Shown here piece after piece: positions 30,936 to 40,368 of a stretch of DNA of 64,000 bases. The notes beneath the pieces were generated by a model. The model worked only from the letters and a program-made list of their open reading frames with translations, was not told the DNA's origin and searched no databases. Source of the stretch: Pseudomonadota bacterium (lineage in GTDB: Bacteria > Pseudomonadota > Gammaproteobacteria > Burkholderiales > JABEVD01); the NCBI GenBank assembly GCA_021848825.1, contig JAJZTQ010000008.1:14999-78998 (forward strand), given 5' to 3'. The position numbers and the translations under genes were made by a program. Within the stretch, counting starts at the first letter, position 1; each line of letters opens with the position of its first letter.

Positions 30936-31579
30936 CCCCCCCTGTTGAAGAATTCTCGTCCGCCCCGCATCTGCTCGATGCGCTCTATGAGCAGATCGAA
31001 ATCGGCGCTTTCCTCGACGAAATTCAGGTTGTCGCTGTTGACCATGAAAACAGGCGCCGAATCGTAATGCAGGAAGAAACGGCTGTAGCTTTCGACAAGA
31101 CGGGAGAGATAATCCTCCGTGATGTTGCGCTCGTAGGCCGTTCCCCTTCTTCTCACGCGTTCGATCAGCTTGTCGGGAGAAGCCTGGAGATAGATCACGA
31201 GATCGGGAACCGGAACCTGGGGCTGGAGATGACTGTATATCTGCTGGTAGAGGAAGAATTCCTCGTCGTTCAGGTTGAGCCTCGCGAAAAGAGGATCCTT
31301 TTCTATCAGGAAATCGGTCACGGTGGCCCGGCTGAACATGTCGGGCTGGACGAGATCCTGGAGATCCTGGATTCTCTGGAAAAGAAAGAAAAGCTGGGTG
31401 GAAAGGGCGAATCGCTGCGGATCTTCGTAGAATCGCGCAAGAAAGGGATTCCGCTCGGGTTTTTCCAGAAGCAGCCTGCAATAATCCCCGAAATAGGCCG
31501 AAAGCCGCCTGGCAAGGCTGGTCTTGCCGACGCCTATCGGGCCCTCGACAACGATATAGCTGTATTTTTCGAATAGCAT
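30932..31579 (-). CDS. Deoxynucleoside kinase family protein
   Basis: P-loop VEGPIGVGKTS and lid RVRRRGTAYE; 215 aa. Confidence 0.8.
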   Translation of the reverse strand: MLFEKYSYIVVEGPIGVGKTSLARRLSAYFGDYCRLLLEKPERNPFLARFYEDPQRFALSTQLFFLFQRIQDLQDLVQPDMFSRATVTDFLIEKDPLFARLNLNDEEFFLYQQIYSHLQPQVPVPDLVIYLQASPDKLIERVRRRGTAYERNITEDYLSRLVESYSRFFLHYDSAPVFMVNSDNLNFVEESADFDLLIERIEQMRGGREFFNRGG

Positions 31580-31580
31580 G

Positions 31581-32063
31581 CTAGTCCGCCATTTTTTTCA
31601 GGATTTGACCTGAAAGGGCAGGCAGCAGATCCGCTGCCCTTCCGATTCCCGGAATCTCGCAATCGGGCGCAATATCGAGGAGCGGGCACAAAACGAACAG
31701 CCTTTCATGCATGCGTGGATGCGGTATGGTCAAACGCTCGTCGATCAGGACGAGGTCATTATACATCAGGATGTCGAGATCGAGCGTCCGCGGCGCATTC
31801 CTCGCTTCCCTCACCCTGCCGTGCGCCATTTCCAGCTCGAGCAGGCATTCGAGGAGCCCGAAGGGATCCAGTCCGGTTTCGATCTTCGCCACGGCATTGA
31901 CATAGTCCGGCTGGGGAATTTCGGAGACGGGCGCGCTGAGATAGAGTCCGGATTTCCCCGTCAGTCTCGTTTCAGGGAGAAGATCGAGCGCGGAAAAAGC
32001 GGAAGCGATCTGCGAGGCGGGGTCGGCGAGATTGCTCCCCAGGGCGATGAAGGCCAGATTCAT
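31581..32063 (-). CDS. folK: 2-amino-4-hydroxy-6-hydroxymethyldihydropteridine diphosphokinase
   Basis: AFIALGSNL..., RTLDLDIL and PHPRMHER motifs. Confidence 0.9.
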   Translation of the reverse strand: MNLAFIALGSNLADPASQIASAFSALDLLPETRLTGKSGLYLSAPVSEIPQPDYVNAVAKIETGLDPFGLLECLLELEMAHGRVREARNAPRTLDLDILMYNDLVLIDERLTIPHPRMHERLFVLCPLLDIAPDCEIPGIGRAADLLPALSGQILKKMAD

Positions 32064-33367
32064 CAGGCTGCCCTCGGGCGCCTGCGCCTTCTCCTGCGCT
32101 TCGGCGCTTCATCCTGCACGAGCATCGCTTCGCGCTCCTCACTCGACGCATTCTGGAAGATTTCCCACCATACCCCCGTCTCGGCTTCCACTTCGCCGCT
32201 CGCCACGCGAAGGATCAGGAAATCGTAGGCCGCCCTGAATCTGGGATGCTCCATGAGCTGGAAAGGCCTTCTCCCCGAGCGCTGCGCGAATCTCGGCTGC
32301 AGCCCCCATATTTCCTTCATCGTCGCGGTATATCTTCTCGGTATCGCGAGCTTTTCCTGCTGGATGTCGAGCACATGATCCATCGATTCATAAAGCGCGG
32401 GGATGGGTCTCTCGCCTTTTTCCTCCGCGGCTTTCCAGTATGTCAGCACTTCATGCCACAAAAGCGAAGCGAAAAGAAAGGCCGGCGAGACCGGTTTTTC
32501 CTCCGCTATACGCTCGTCCGTGTTCTTCAGCGCAGCCATGACGAAGCGCTCGCCCATCGGCTGCTCCAGGATGACATCGAGCATCGGAAGCAGGCCGTGA
32601 TGGAGCCCCGCCTTTCTCAGTTCCAGGATGCATTCGACGGAATGCCCGGACAGCAGGAGCTTCAGCATTTCCTCGAAAAGCCGCGCTGCAGGGACATGCT
32701 GCAGCAGATCCCCCATCGTTGCGATGGGTCGCTCGGTTTTCCGATCGAGCTTCATGCCGAGCTTGGCGGCGAAGCGCACCGCTCTGAGCATCCTGACCGG
32801 GTCTTCCCTGTACCTCGTCTCGGGATCCCCTATCATCCTGATGCGGGAAGCCTTCAGGTCCGAGAATCCGTCGTGGTAATCCCATATTTCCTCGGTGGAA
32901 GGATCGTAGAAAAGCGCATTGACCGTGAAGTCCCTCCTCTGCGCATCCTCTTCCTGATTGCCGAACACGTTGTCCGCCAGCACCCGCCCATGGACATCCG
33001 TTCTGCCTTCGGATTCCTCGTCCAAACCATGGCTGCGCCTGAATGTCGAGACCTCTATCACCTCCGCCCCGCACATCACGTGAACGAGCCTGAAGCGCCT
33101 TCCTATGATCCTCGATCTCTTGAATATCGCCCTGACTTCGTCGGGATCCGCATCGGTTGCCACATCGAAATCCTTGGGCTTCCTTCCCAGGACGAGATCC
33201 CTCACCGCCCCGCCGACGATGAATGCGGAAAAACCGGCTTCCTGAAGGGAAGAAGTCACCTTCCTCGCGCATGAGCTGACATCTTCCCTGTGGATGCCGT
33301 GCTTCTCCAGGGGAAGGATGGAAGGACCGTTTTTTTCGAAAATCCGTCGGATTATTTTCCGGATCAT
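32063..33367 (-). CDS. pcnB: Poly(A) polymerase I
   Basis: GGAVRD, RDFTVNAL and the canonical pcnB-folK order. Start taken at MIRKIIRRIF (33367); the track ORF is longer. Confidence 0.9.
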   Translation of the reverse strand: MIRKIIRRIFEKNGPSILPLEKHGIHREDVSSCARKVTSSLQEAGFSAFIVGGAVRDLVLGRKPKDFDVATDADPDEVRAIFKRSRIIGRRFRLVHVMCGAEVIEVSTFRRSHGLDEESEGRTDVHGRVLADNVFGNQEEDAQRRDFTVNALFYDPSTEEIWDYHDGFSDLKASRIRMIGDPETRYREDPVRMLRAVRFAAKLGMKLDRKTERPIATMGDLLQHVPAARLFEEMLKLLLSGHSVECILELRKAGLHHGLLPMLDVILEQPMGERFVMAALKNTDERIAEEKPVSPAFLFASLLWHEVLTYWKAAEEKGERPIPALYESMDHVLDIQQEKLAIPRRYTATMKEIWGLQPRFAQRSGRRPFQLMEHPRFRAAYDFLILRVASGEVEAETGVWWEIFQNASSEEREAMLVQDEAPKRRRRRRRPRAA

Positions 33368-33416
33368 TGAATTTGCATTGAAAATAGGCGCATGCGGAAT
33401 TATAACGGATATCCAA

Positions 33417-33468
33417 GGGAACCACTGATTTATTCCCGCACGGTCGCCGGGATAAGTCAGTGGTTCCG
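33417..33468. repeat. Copy 2 (degenerate) of the palindromic element seen at 1068-1127
   Basis: Left arm GGGAACCACTGATTTATTCCC is identical to copy 1. The right arm GGGATAAGTCAGTGGTTCC has one deletion and one substitution. Confidence 0.85.
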
Positions 33469-34119
33469 TAAACTGATGACTGGCCATCCCGATTTTTCTG
33501 CATGCGCTCTCAATGTATCGTCCGGATCGACCGCCACGGGATGGGTCACGGCGCAAAGAAGGGGAAGATCGTTGAGCGAATCGCTGTAGAACCAGCTCGA
33601 CTCGAAAGAGGCCAGGCTCTGCCCGCGCGAAGCAAGCCAGGAATTCAGGCGCTCAACCTTGCCTTCCCTGAAGGAGGGAGTGCCGTGAGGATTTCCCGTG
33701 AATTCCCCGTCGCTTATTTCCGCTTCGGTGGCGATCAGGTTCGAAATCCCGAATGCCTTGGCGATGGGGGCGGTGACGAAGCTGTTTGTCGCGGTGACGA
33801 TTGCGCAGAGGTCGTTTTCATGGCTTTTTATCAGCCTGAAAGCGGCATCCAGCATCATCGGCCTGACCTTGTTCTCCATGTATTCATGATGCCAGAGATC
33901 GAGCTGGGCTCTCGGATGCCTGGACAGCGGCTTCAGCTGGAATGCAAGGAATTCGCGGATGTCGAGCGTGCCGTTCTTGTAATCCTGGTAGAACTGCCGG
34001 TTCCTGGCTTCATAGACTTCGCGGTCCAGAACCCCTTTTTCGATGAGGAACTGCGCCCATTCGAAGTCGCTGTCTCCGGCAAGGAGGGTATTGTCGAGGT
34101 CGAACAGGGCAAGTCTCAT
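33457..34119 (-). CDS. HAD-IB family hydrolase
   Basis: LALFDLDNTLL motif I, VTATN motif II and a C-terminal DS..D motif. The last codons and the stop lie in the repeat arm. Confidence 0.8.
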   Translation of the reverse strand: MRLALFDLDNTLLAGDSDFEWAQFLIEKGVLDREVYEARNRQFYQDYKNGTLDIREFLAFQLKPLSRHPRAQLDLWHHEYMENKVRPMMLDAAFRLIKSHENDLCAIVTATNSFVTAPIAKAFGISNLIATEAEISDGEFTGNPHGTPSFREGKVERLNSWLASRGQSLASFESSWFYSDSLNDLPLLCAVTHPVAVDPDDTLRAHAEKSGWPVISLRNH

Positions 34120-34763
34120 TTCATGATTTCCTTGAGCAGCGGGATCGTCACGGGACGCTTCGATTCCCTTGAATATTCATCGAGCGCATCGATCATTTTC
34201 ACGAGCGTGGGCAGATCGCGCCTGACATGATGCATCATGTAGTCTTCCACGTCATGAGGCAGTTCGAAGCCGAGCATGCCTGCATGGCGCTCCAGCGCCT
34301 CCCGCTTTTCGGCGTCGTCGAGCACATGGAGCTGGTAGACGAGCCCCCAGGCAAGCCGCGTTGCAAGATCGGGACGGAGATCGAGTTGTGATGGCGGAAG
34401 ACTGCCGCTCGCAAGCAGCACCCCTCCCCTTTCCCTGATCCTGTTGCAGAAATGGAACAGGCTCACCTGGCCTTCAGCATCGAGATTCTCCACATCGTCC
34501 GCTGCGGCGAAATCGGCATCGAAATCGAACCTCGTATCCCTTACGCAGGCCACATATCTCGCATCGGGTCCGGCCTCGCGCGAGCAGGCCTGGAGGAGAT
34601 GAGTCCTGCCGCATCCTTCCTCCCCCCAAAGATAGACCATCCTCTCCTGAGATCTGCCGGATGCGAGGTCCTTCAAGGTCTGCAGCGCCTCCCCGTTCCT
34701 TCCCTCGACGAAATTCGAGAGGCTGGGCTTTGCAGGCGAGAGATCCAGAAGCAGCTGTTTCAT
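34116..34763 (-). CDS. hda: DnaA regulatory inactivator Hda
   Basis: AAA+-like YLWGEEGCGRTHLL and a clamp-binding-like N-terminus (QLLLDL); divergent from purM. Confidence 0.85.
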   Translation of the reverse strand: MKQLLLDLSPAKPSLSNFVEGRNGEALQTLKDLASGRSQERMVYLWGEEGCGRTHLLQACSREAGPDARYVACVRDTRFDFDADFAAADDVENLDAEGQVSLFHFCNRIRERGGVLLASGSLPPSQLDLRPDLATRLAWGLVYQLHVLDDAEKREALERHAGMLGFELPHDVEDYMMHHVRRDLPTLVKMIDALDEYSRESKRPVTIPLLKEIMK

Positions 34764-34822
34764 TCCGTAAAAGCGGTTTTGGCTGTAAAATCGAGGCATA
34801 TTCTACACTGAAGAGAACCTAA

Positions 34823-35860
34823 GTGACTCAAGATTCCCTTTCCTACAGAGATGCAGGCGTCGACATCGACGCGGGCGACAGACTGGTCGAAAACATCAAG
34901 CCTCATGCCAAAAGAACCATGAGGGAAGGGGTTCTCGGCGGAATAGGCGGCTTCGGCGCGCTTTTCGAAATCCCGAAAAAATACCGGGAGCCTGTCCTGG
35001 TATCCGGCACGGACGGCGTGGGAACGAAGCTCAAGCTCGCATTCATGCTCAGGAAGCACGACACGGTCGGGATAGATCTCGTCGCGATGAGCGTCAATGA
35101 CATCCTTGTCCAGGGGGCTGAACCGCTTTTTTTCCTGGACTATTTCGCCTGCGGAAAGCTCGATGTCGACTCCGCGACGGAAGTGATAAAGGGCATTGCG
35201 CAAGGATGCGAAATGGCGGGCTGCACCCTGATCGGAGGAGAAACGGCGGAAATGCCGGGAATGTACCCTGAAGGGGAATACGATCTCGCGGGCTTCGCAG
35301 TGGGTGCGGTGGAAAAGTCGAAAATCCTCGACGGCTCGACCATAAAAGCGGGAGACGTCGTCATCGGGCTCGCGTCCAGCGGCGCACATTCGAACGGCTA
35401 TTCGCTCGTCAGGAAAATAATCGAGCGGGACAAGACCGATCTTGCCATGATCCTGCCCGGGGAAACGAGATCGCTTTCGGATGTCATCATGGCGCCGACC
35501 CGGATCTACGTCAAATCCATGCTGAATCTTTTCGAAAAGCTTCCTCCCAAGGGACTCGCCCATATCACCGGAGGGGGGCTGCTCGAGAACATCCCGCGCA
35601 TTTTGCCAGAGAACCTGACTGCAGCGCTGAAAAAAACCTGGACCATGCCGCCGCTCTTCTCCTGGCTACAGGAAAAGGGAAATGTCGCCGAATCTGAAAT
35701 GTACAGGGTATTCAACTGCGGAATAGGCATGGTCGTCGTGACTTCCCCTGAAAATGCCGAGGAATCGATGAAGATGCTGGAAGAATCCGGCGAGAAAGCC
35801 TGGCATATCGGCGAGATCAGGGAAAGAAAAGCGGGGCAGGCGCAGACATTCGTAGAATGA
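34823..35860 (+). CDS. purM: Phosphoribosylformylglycinamidine cyclo-ligase
   Basis: [13 protein letters not shown]-terminus; GTG start at 34823. Confidence 0.95.
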   Translation: MTQDSLSYRDAGVDIDAGDRLVENIKPHAKRTMREGVLGGIGGFGALFEIPKKYREPVLVSGTDGVGTKLKLAFMLRKHDTVGIDLVAMSVNDILVQGAEPLFFLDYFACGKLDVDSATEVIKGIAQGCEMAGCTLIGGETAEMPGMYPEGEYDLAGFAVGAVEKSKILDGSTIKAGDVVIGLASSGAHSNGYSLVRKIIERDKTDLAMILPGETRSLSDVIMAPTRIYVKSMLNLFEKLPPKGLAHITGGGLLENIPRILPENLTAALKKTWTMPPLFSWLQEKGNVAESEMYRVFNCGIGMVVVTSPENAEESMKMLEESGEKAWHIGEIRERKAGQAQTFVE

Positions 35861-36489
35861 AGCGCATCGTCATCCTGATCTCCGGGCGGGGAAGCAACAT
35901 GGCCGCCATCCTGGACGCCGGCATCCCGGCTTCAGCGGTGATCAGCAGCAGAAGCGATTCGGCAGGACTCGATATCGCGAGATCGAGGGGAATTCCCGCC
36001 ATTGGACTGGATCACCGCAATTACCAAAGCCGGGACGATTTCGACAGGGCTCTTGCCGAGAAAATCGAGTCATTCTCCCCCGATTTCGTGATTCTCGCAG
36101 GATTCATGCGCATCCTCGGCGACGAATTCGTGAAGCGTTATGCAGGTCGCCTGATCAACATCCATCCTTCCCTTCTCCCCTCCTTTCCCGGAACGAAAAC
36201 GCACAGCCGGGCGCTGGAAGAAGGGGTCAGGATACATGGCTGTACCGTTCATTTCGTCACCGAAAAGCTCGATCACGGCGCGATCATCATCCAGGCCGCC
36301 GTTCCGGTATTCGAGGATGACGACGAGGAAAGCCTGGGCAGGCGGGTACTTGAACAGGAACACAGAATCTATCCCCAGGCAGTAAAATGGCTGATCGAGG
36401 GAAGACTGAAAATCGACAAAGGGCGGGTGAGGCTGGATTCCCCCGCAAAAACAAAAGGGGAACTGATTTCGCCAGAAATCGAGTCATGA
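35857..36489 (+). CDS. purN: Phosphoribosylglycinamide formyltransferase
   Basis: ILISGRGSN and NIHPSLLP motifs. ATGA overlap with purM. Confidence 0.95.
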   Translation: MKRIVILISGRGSNMAAILDAGIPASAVISSRSDSAGLDIARSRGIPAIGLDHRNYQSRDDFDRALAEKIESFSPDFVILAGFMRILGDEFVKRYAGRLINIHPSLLPSFPGTKTHSRALEEGVRIHGCTVHFVTEKLDHGAIIIQAAVPVFEDDDEESLGRRVLEQEHRIYPQAVKWLIEGRLKIDKGRVRLDSPAKTKGELISPEIES

Positions 36490-37472
36490 ATAGGACGGTC
36501 AAGACCCTGATCCTCGCCCTGCTTGTTTCGCTCTTTCTCCACCTGTTGCTGCTCGGCGCCCTGCCGAAAATGACATTCCCAGATTTCACCGGGAACACCG
36601 CATCGATCCAGGCCGAAATCGTCATCCCTAAGAAACCCGTGGCATTCAAGCCGCTGGTCCCGCCGAAGCCGAAAAGAAAAAGCGTTCCTGAGCCGGTCAT
36701 TCAGCCGGAGCCCGAAAAAAAGGCGATAGCCGCAAGCGAACCCCAAGCCGCAAGCGAACCCCAACCTGCAAGCGAGCCTGTAGTCGCTGCTGGCGAACCC
36801 GTTCCCTCGACAAGAAAGGGCACTGAAGTGCCATCCCATGCGAAGCTGACATTCAGGATTTTCAGGGGAAATGCCAATGTCGGCATGGGGACACAGACAT
36901 GGGACATCATGGACGACGGAAGATACGTGATCACGAGCAAGGTCGAGGCGATCGGCATCTTCTCGCTTTTCGTCAAGGGGTCGCTGACCCAGGTGAGCGA
37001 AGGGCATGTCACCGAAGAAGGACTGAGGCCGGACCTTTACACGATCACGAGAGGCAGCATGCAGAACCAGCAATCCGCCTATTTCGACTGGAAAAAGATG
37101 AAGCTGGACCTGGTATCGAACGGCGTCCTCACCAGGGAGGTGGATCTCTTTCCCATGACCCAGGACCAGCTCTCCTTCCTCTACCAGTTCGCCTATACGC
37201 CGCCGAAATCAGGCATTTTCAGCTTCCATGCGACAGACGGAAGGAAGCTCGACATCTACGACTACCAGATCATGGGCGAGGAAACGCTGACGACAGGCAT
37301 GAGGAAATACCGCACGCTCCACCTCGTGAAGCTTCACCAGGAGGGCGTGGAGGGGACGGAAATCTGGCTCGACATGGGCCATTACTACTGGCCCGTGCAG
37401 GTCGTGATCACCGACAAGAACGGCGATTCGGTGAAACAGATCATCACCAGCATCGAGGAGGATCAGGGATAA
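36486..37472 (+). CDS. DUF3108-like exported protein
   Basis: N-terminal TM/signal (LILALLVSLFLHLLLLGALP), a Pro/Glu-rich linker, then a beta-rich domain. Confidence 0.6.
   Translation: MNRTVKTLILALLVSLFLHLLLLGALPKMTFPDFTGNTASIQAEIVIPKKPVAFKPLVPPKPKRKSVPEPVIQPEPEKKAIAASEPQAASEPQPASEPVVAAGEPVPSTRKGTEVPSHAKLTFRIFRGNANVGMGTQTWDIMDDGRYVITSKVEAIGIFSLFVKGSLTQVSEGHVTEEGLRPDLYTITRGSMQNQQSAYFDWKKMKLDLVSNGVLTREVDLFPMTQDQLSFLYQFAYTPPKSGIFSFHATDGRKLDIYDYQIMGEETLTTGMRKYRTLHLVKLHQEGVEGTEIWLDMGHYYWPVQVVITDKNGDSVKQIITSIEEDQG
36729..36782 (+). repeat. Tandem 18-bp coding repeat (two identical units GCCGCAAGCGAACCCCAA plus one diverged unit)
   Basis: Read directly; encodes AASEPQ-AASEPQ-PASEPV in the linker of the DUF3108-like protein. 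Confidence 0.85.
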
Positions 37473-38209
37473 TCCTGCCTGGTCGGCCTCACCAGGATGT
37501 CGCTGACATGCACATGGGGCGGCCTCGTGACGATGTAGGCGATGGTTTCGGCAATATCTTCGCCGTAGAGAAGGGGGCCGAATTTTTCATCGAAATTCGC
37601 AACGAGCTCATCGGTATAGCCCGCCCCTTCCTGGAAACCGCTGACGACGACGCCCGGCTCCACGAGCGAAACCCTGATTCCCCTGGATCCCACTTCCCTT
37701 CTCAATCCTTCCGCGAGGGCGTGGACCGCGAACTTGGTCGAGCCGTAGACTGCGCTGAATGGCGAGACATGCCTTCCGACAACCGAACCGATGATGACGA
37801 TGTCCGCCGCCTTTTTCGGATAATCGATTCCTTCGAGCATTCTTTTCGACGCCTTCTGCAAAAGCGCGAGCGTTCCCGTCACGTTGAGCTTCAGGATCTC
37901 CTCGAATTTGGAAAGATCGGCATCCTTGACCGATCCGCCCAATCCTCTTCCCGCATTCGCCACGACGATATCCGCATTCCTGCCGAAGCGTTCCAGCGCC
38001 GCATCGAAAAACCTGTCGATCACGCTGTTCTCCGAAGCATTCCCCGGAACGGCGCAGAAAGCCTTCCCCAGCTCCTTTTCCAGCCTTTGCAGCTTCTCCG
38101 CATTCCTGGCATTTCCCACCACACCGAATCCTTCGGAGACGAATTTCCGCGCAGTCGCCTCCCCTATTCCGGAAGAGGCGCCCGTGATGATCGCGATGCG
38201 TTTTTCCAT
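37463..38209 (-). CDS. Short-chain dehydrogenase/reductase
   Basis: TGASSGIG cofactor motif and the YGSTK catalytic motif. Confidence 0.85.
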   Translation of the reverse strand: MEKRIAIITGASSGIGEATARKFVSEGFGVVGNARNAEKLQRLEKELGKAFCAVPGNASENSVIDRFFDAALERFGRNADIVVANAGRGLGGSVKDADLSKFEEILKLNVTGTLALLQKASKRMLEGIDYPKKAADIVIIGSVVGRHVSPFSAVYGSTKFAVHALAEGLRREVGSRGIRVSLVEPGVVVSGFQEGAGYTDELVANFDEKFGPLLYGEDIAETIAYIVTRPPHVHVSDILVRPTRQDYP

Positions 38210-38214
38210 TTCTT

Positions 38215-39501
38215 TCAGCTCTCGAAGGCGGCGAAAAGCGCCGCGATCATGAAGGCATGGTCGTGAGACCCCGCACTTTCCCTTGCGCTGTGCATCGCCC
38301 ACATCGGCGAGCCCACGTCCACGCTGGGAATCCCCAGCTGCGCGGCGACCATGGGGCCTATGGTGCTGCCGCAGCCGAGGTCGGAGCGGTGCGCATACTG
38401 CTGGACCGGAACCCCCGCCTTTTCGCAAAGCGAGATGAAACGGGCTGCGGTCTCCGCATTGGTGGTATATCTCTGGTTCACGTTGGTCTTGATCACCGGA
38501 CCGCCGTTCACCATCACCTTGTGCCCGGGCTCGTAGGCATTCGGGAAATTCGGATTGTAGGCATGGGCCATGTCGGCGCTGATGAAATAGCTTCCCGCCA
38601 TGGCGCGCCGCCTGTCCTCTTCGTCGAGTCTTGACCGGCATGCGATCCTTGAAATCACGTCCGACAGGAAGCTTCCCGCAGCGCCTGTTGCGCTCTGGCT
38701 CCCCACCTCCTCGTGGTCGAAGAAGGCGGCGATGGCGGTCGATTCGGGCTCACCGACGGAAATCAGCGCTGAAAGCGCTGCATGAGTCGATCCGAGATTG
38801 TCGAGCTGGCTGTCCGCGACGAATTCGCTGTTCCTGCCCCAAAGGCAGCCCTTCTGAACGTCGTATACCGCGAGCTCCCAGCTCATGATGTCTTGAGCCT
38901 CGCAATCCGCCTTGTCGGAAAGAAGCGTCCTCAGCGAATTTTCCGCATCCTCTTCCCCCAGCAGGCCTGCTATCAGCGGGAGCTCGGTCTGCTTGTTGAG
39001 CTTGAGCCCCTGCTCGTTGACATCGCGATTCATGTGGATCGCGAGATTGGGCAATCTCACCAGCGGTTCCTCGAAGCGGACGAGTCTCGTTCGCGGAATG
39101 CCTTCAGACCGCAATACCACTCGCCCTGCGAGGCTCAGATCGCGGTCGGTGAAAGTCGCGAGTATCGGTCCGCCGTAGACTTCGACGCCGAGACGAAGCA
39201 GGCCATCGCTCGAACTCGCCGCCCTGGGCTTCAGCCTCAAGCCTGGAGAATCGGTATGGGCCCCGACGATGCGGAATCCCTTTTCGGCAAGAGGACCGCT
39301 TCCCATCACGAAAGCGATCAATGAAGCCCCTCTCGCCGCATAATAGCGTCCGCCTTTTTCGAGCTTCCAGCGCTCCCCTTCCTCCATCCTGACGAATCCA
39401 GACGCCTGAAGGATCGCCTCGGCACTCGCCGCCGCATGCCAGGGGCTCGGGCTCGCATCGATGAATTCGATCAGTTCCTTTGCTTTTTCGATTTGTTGCA
39501 T
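38215..39501 (-). CDS. M18 family aminopeptidase
   Basis: SPSPWHA N-terminus, HTDSPGLRLKP, DHEEVGS; 428 aa. Confidence 0.85.
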   Translation of the reverse strand: MQQIEKAKELIEFIDASPSPWHAAASAEAILQASGFVRMEEGERWKLEKGGRYYAARGASLIAFVMGSGPLAEKGFRIVGAHTDSPGLRLKPRAASSSDGLLRLGVEVYGGPILATFTDRDLSLAGRVVLRSEGIPRTRLVRFEEPLVRLPNLAIHMNRDVNEQGLKLNKQTELPLIAGLLGEEDAENSLRTLLSDKADCEAQDIMSWELAVYDVQKGCLWGRNSEFVADSQLDNLGSTHAALSALISVGEPESTAIAAFFDHEEVGSQSATGAAGSFLSDVISRIACRSRLDEEDRRRAMAGSYFISADMAHAYNPNFPNAYEPGHKVMVNGGPVIKTNVNQRYTTNAETAARFISLCEKAGVPVQQYAHRSDLGCGSTIGPMVAAQLGIPSVDVGSPMWAMHSARESAGSHDHAFMIAALFAAFES

Positions 39502-39575
39502 GACTCAAAAGGTGAATTTCAATGGAGCAAGCATACAAGAACGCGCATCCGGCGTGAAGCCAAAGAGAACAAGGC

Positions 39576-39623
39576 CGCACTGATTGGGTGCTGCAAGTGA
39601 GCCGCCTACACCGATTTGGTGCA
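39576..39623. promoter_or_regulatory. Two candidate NtrC-type enhancer sites (CGCACTGATTGGGTGCT; TACACCGATTTGGTGCA)
   Basis: Compared by eye with the consensus TGCACC-N5-GGTGCA. Centres are 31 bp apart, and the sites lie 65-110 bp upstream of the sigma54-like element. Confidence 0.45.
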
Positions 39624-39686
39624 GACGATGCCGCCTGCAAGGCGAAGAACGCGCTCGAATCGGCCGGCTGCGCCGCCCTGCGTATT

Positions 39687-39702
39687 TGGCATGAACATTG
39701 CT
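39687..39702 (+). promoter_or_regulatory. Candidate sigma54 (-24/-12) promoter TGGCATGAACATTGCT upstream of nasT
   Basis: GG and GC are spaced as in TGGCAC-N5-TTGCW; 32 nt upstream of the nasT ATG. Confidence 0.55.
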
Positions 39703-39733
39703 CGACTTTCCGGGGGAAACTTCGAGGCGAGTC

Positions 39734-40309
39734 ATGTTGCGAGTAATGCTGATCGACGAGGACGAGGAAAGACGCGCCCTCCTGAACGGCGCGCTGCTCG
39801 AGAACGGCTATGAAATCGTGTCTGAAGATTCAGGCACGCAAAATCTTCACGACCTCGTGAAGAAAGCTTGTCCGGACGTGATCATCGTCGGAACGGACTC
39901 GCCCAGCCGGGACAGCCTGGAAGACATCTGCTTGCTGAGCCGCGATGCGCCTCGCCCCATCGTGATGTTCACGCATGACGGGGATCGGGAAAAGATCCGG
40001 GAAGCGATCAGGTCCGGCGTATCGGCCTATGTCGTCGACGGATTGAAAGGCGATCGCATCAGATCCCTTGTCGACGTGGCAATCGCCCGCTTCGAAGCGC
40101 ACCAGGCGCTGATGAACGAGCTCGATGCGATGCAGGGCAAGCTGGCTGACCGCAAGGTCGTCGAGCGCGCCAAGGGCATTCTGATGCAGAAGAAGAATTG
40201 CAGCGAGGAAGAGGCTTACCGGATCCTGCGCAAAGCGGCCATGGACAAGAACATGAAGCTTGTCGAAGTGGCGGCGCAATTGATCGACATGGCCAATCTT
40301 TTTACTTAG
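39734..40309 (+). CDS. nasT: ANTAR-domain response-regulator-like antiterminator NasT
   Basis: REC-like N-terminus (MLIDEDE...) and a C-terminal ANTAR domain (KVVERAKGILMQKKNCSEEEAYRILRKAAMDKNMKL). Confidence 0.85.
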   Translation: MLRVMLIDEDEERRALLNGALLENGYEIVSEDSGTQNLHDLVKKACPDVIIVGTDSPSRDSLEDICLLSRDAPRPIVMFTHDGDREKIREAIRSGVSAYVVDGLKGDRIRSLVDVAIARFEAHQALMNELDAMQGKLADRKVVERAKGILMQKKNCSEEEAYRILRKAAMDKNMKLVEVAAQLIDMANLFT

Positions 40310-40310
40310 G

Positions 40311-40368
40311 GCGATTCTCCAAAGGGGGGGAAACGCTCCGGGACCGAAGTCCCAACGGCAAAGGCGCC
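40311..40368 (+). promoter_or_regulatory. ANTAR-target-like leader 1: hexaloop hairpins GCGATTCTCC[AAAGGG]GGGGAAACGC and GGC[AAAGGC]GCC
   Basis: Both loops have A at position 1 and G at position 4. The second hairpin overlaps the terminator 5' arm. Confidence 0.6.

Noticed and set aside
30151-31481. Long N-terminal extensions of the panC (to 30729) and panB (to 31481) ORFs in the track
   Set aside because: Conserved N-termini start at 30150 and 30935 with ATGA coupling. The extensions overlap real genes in other frames and are Arg/Gly-rich.
36729-36782. Tandem 18-bp repeats, checked as a possible CRISPR or mini-satellite
   Set aside because: The units are contiguous with no spacers, in frame, and lie inside a coding linker (AASEPQ repeats). 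This is not a CRISPR array.
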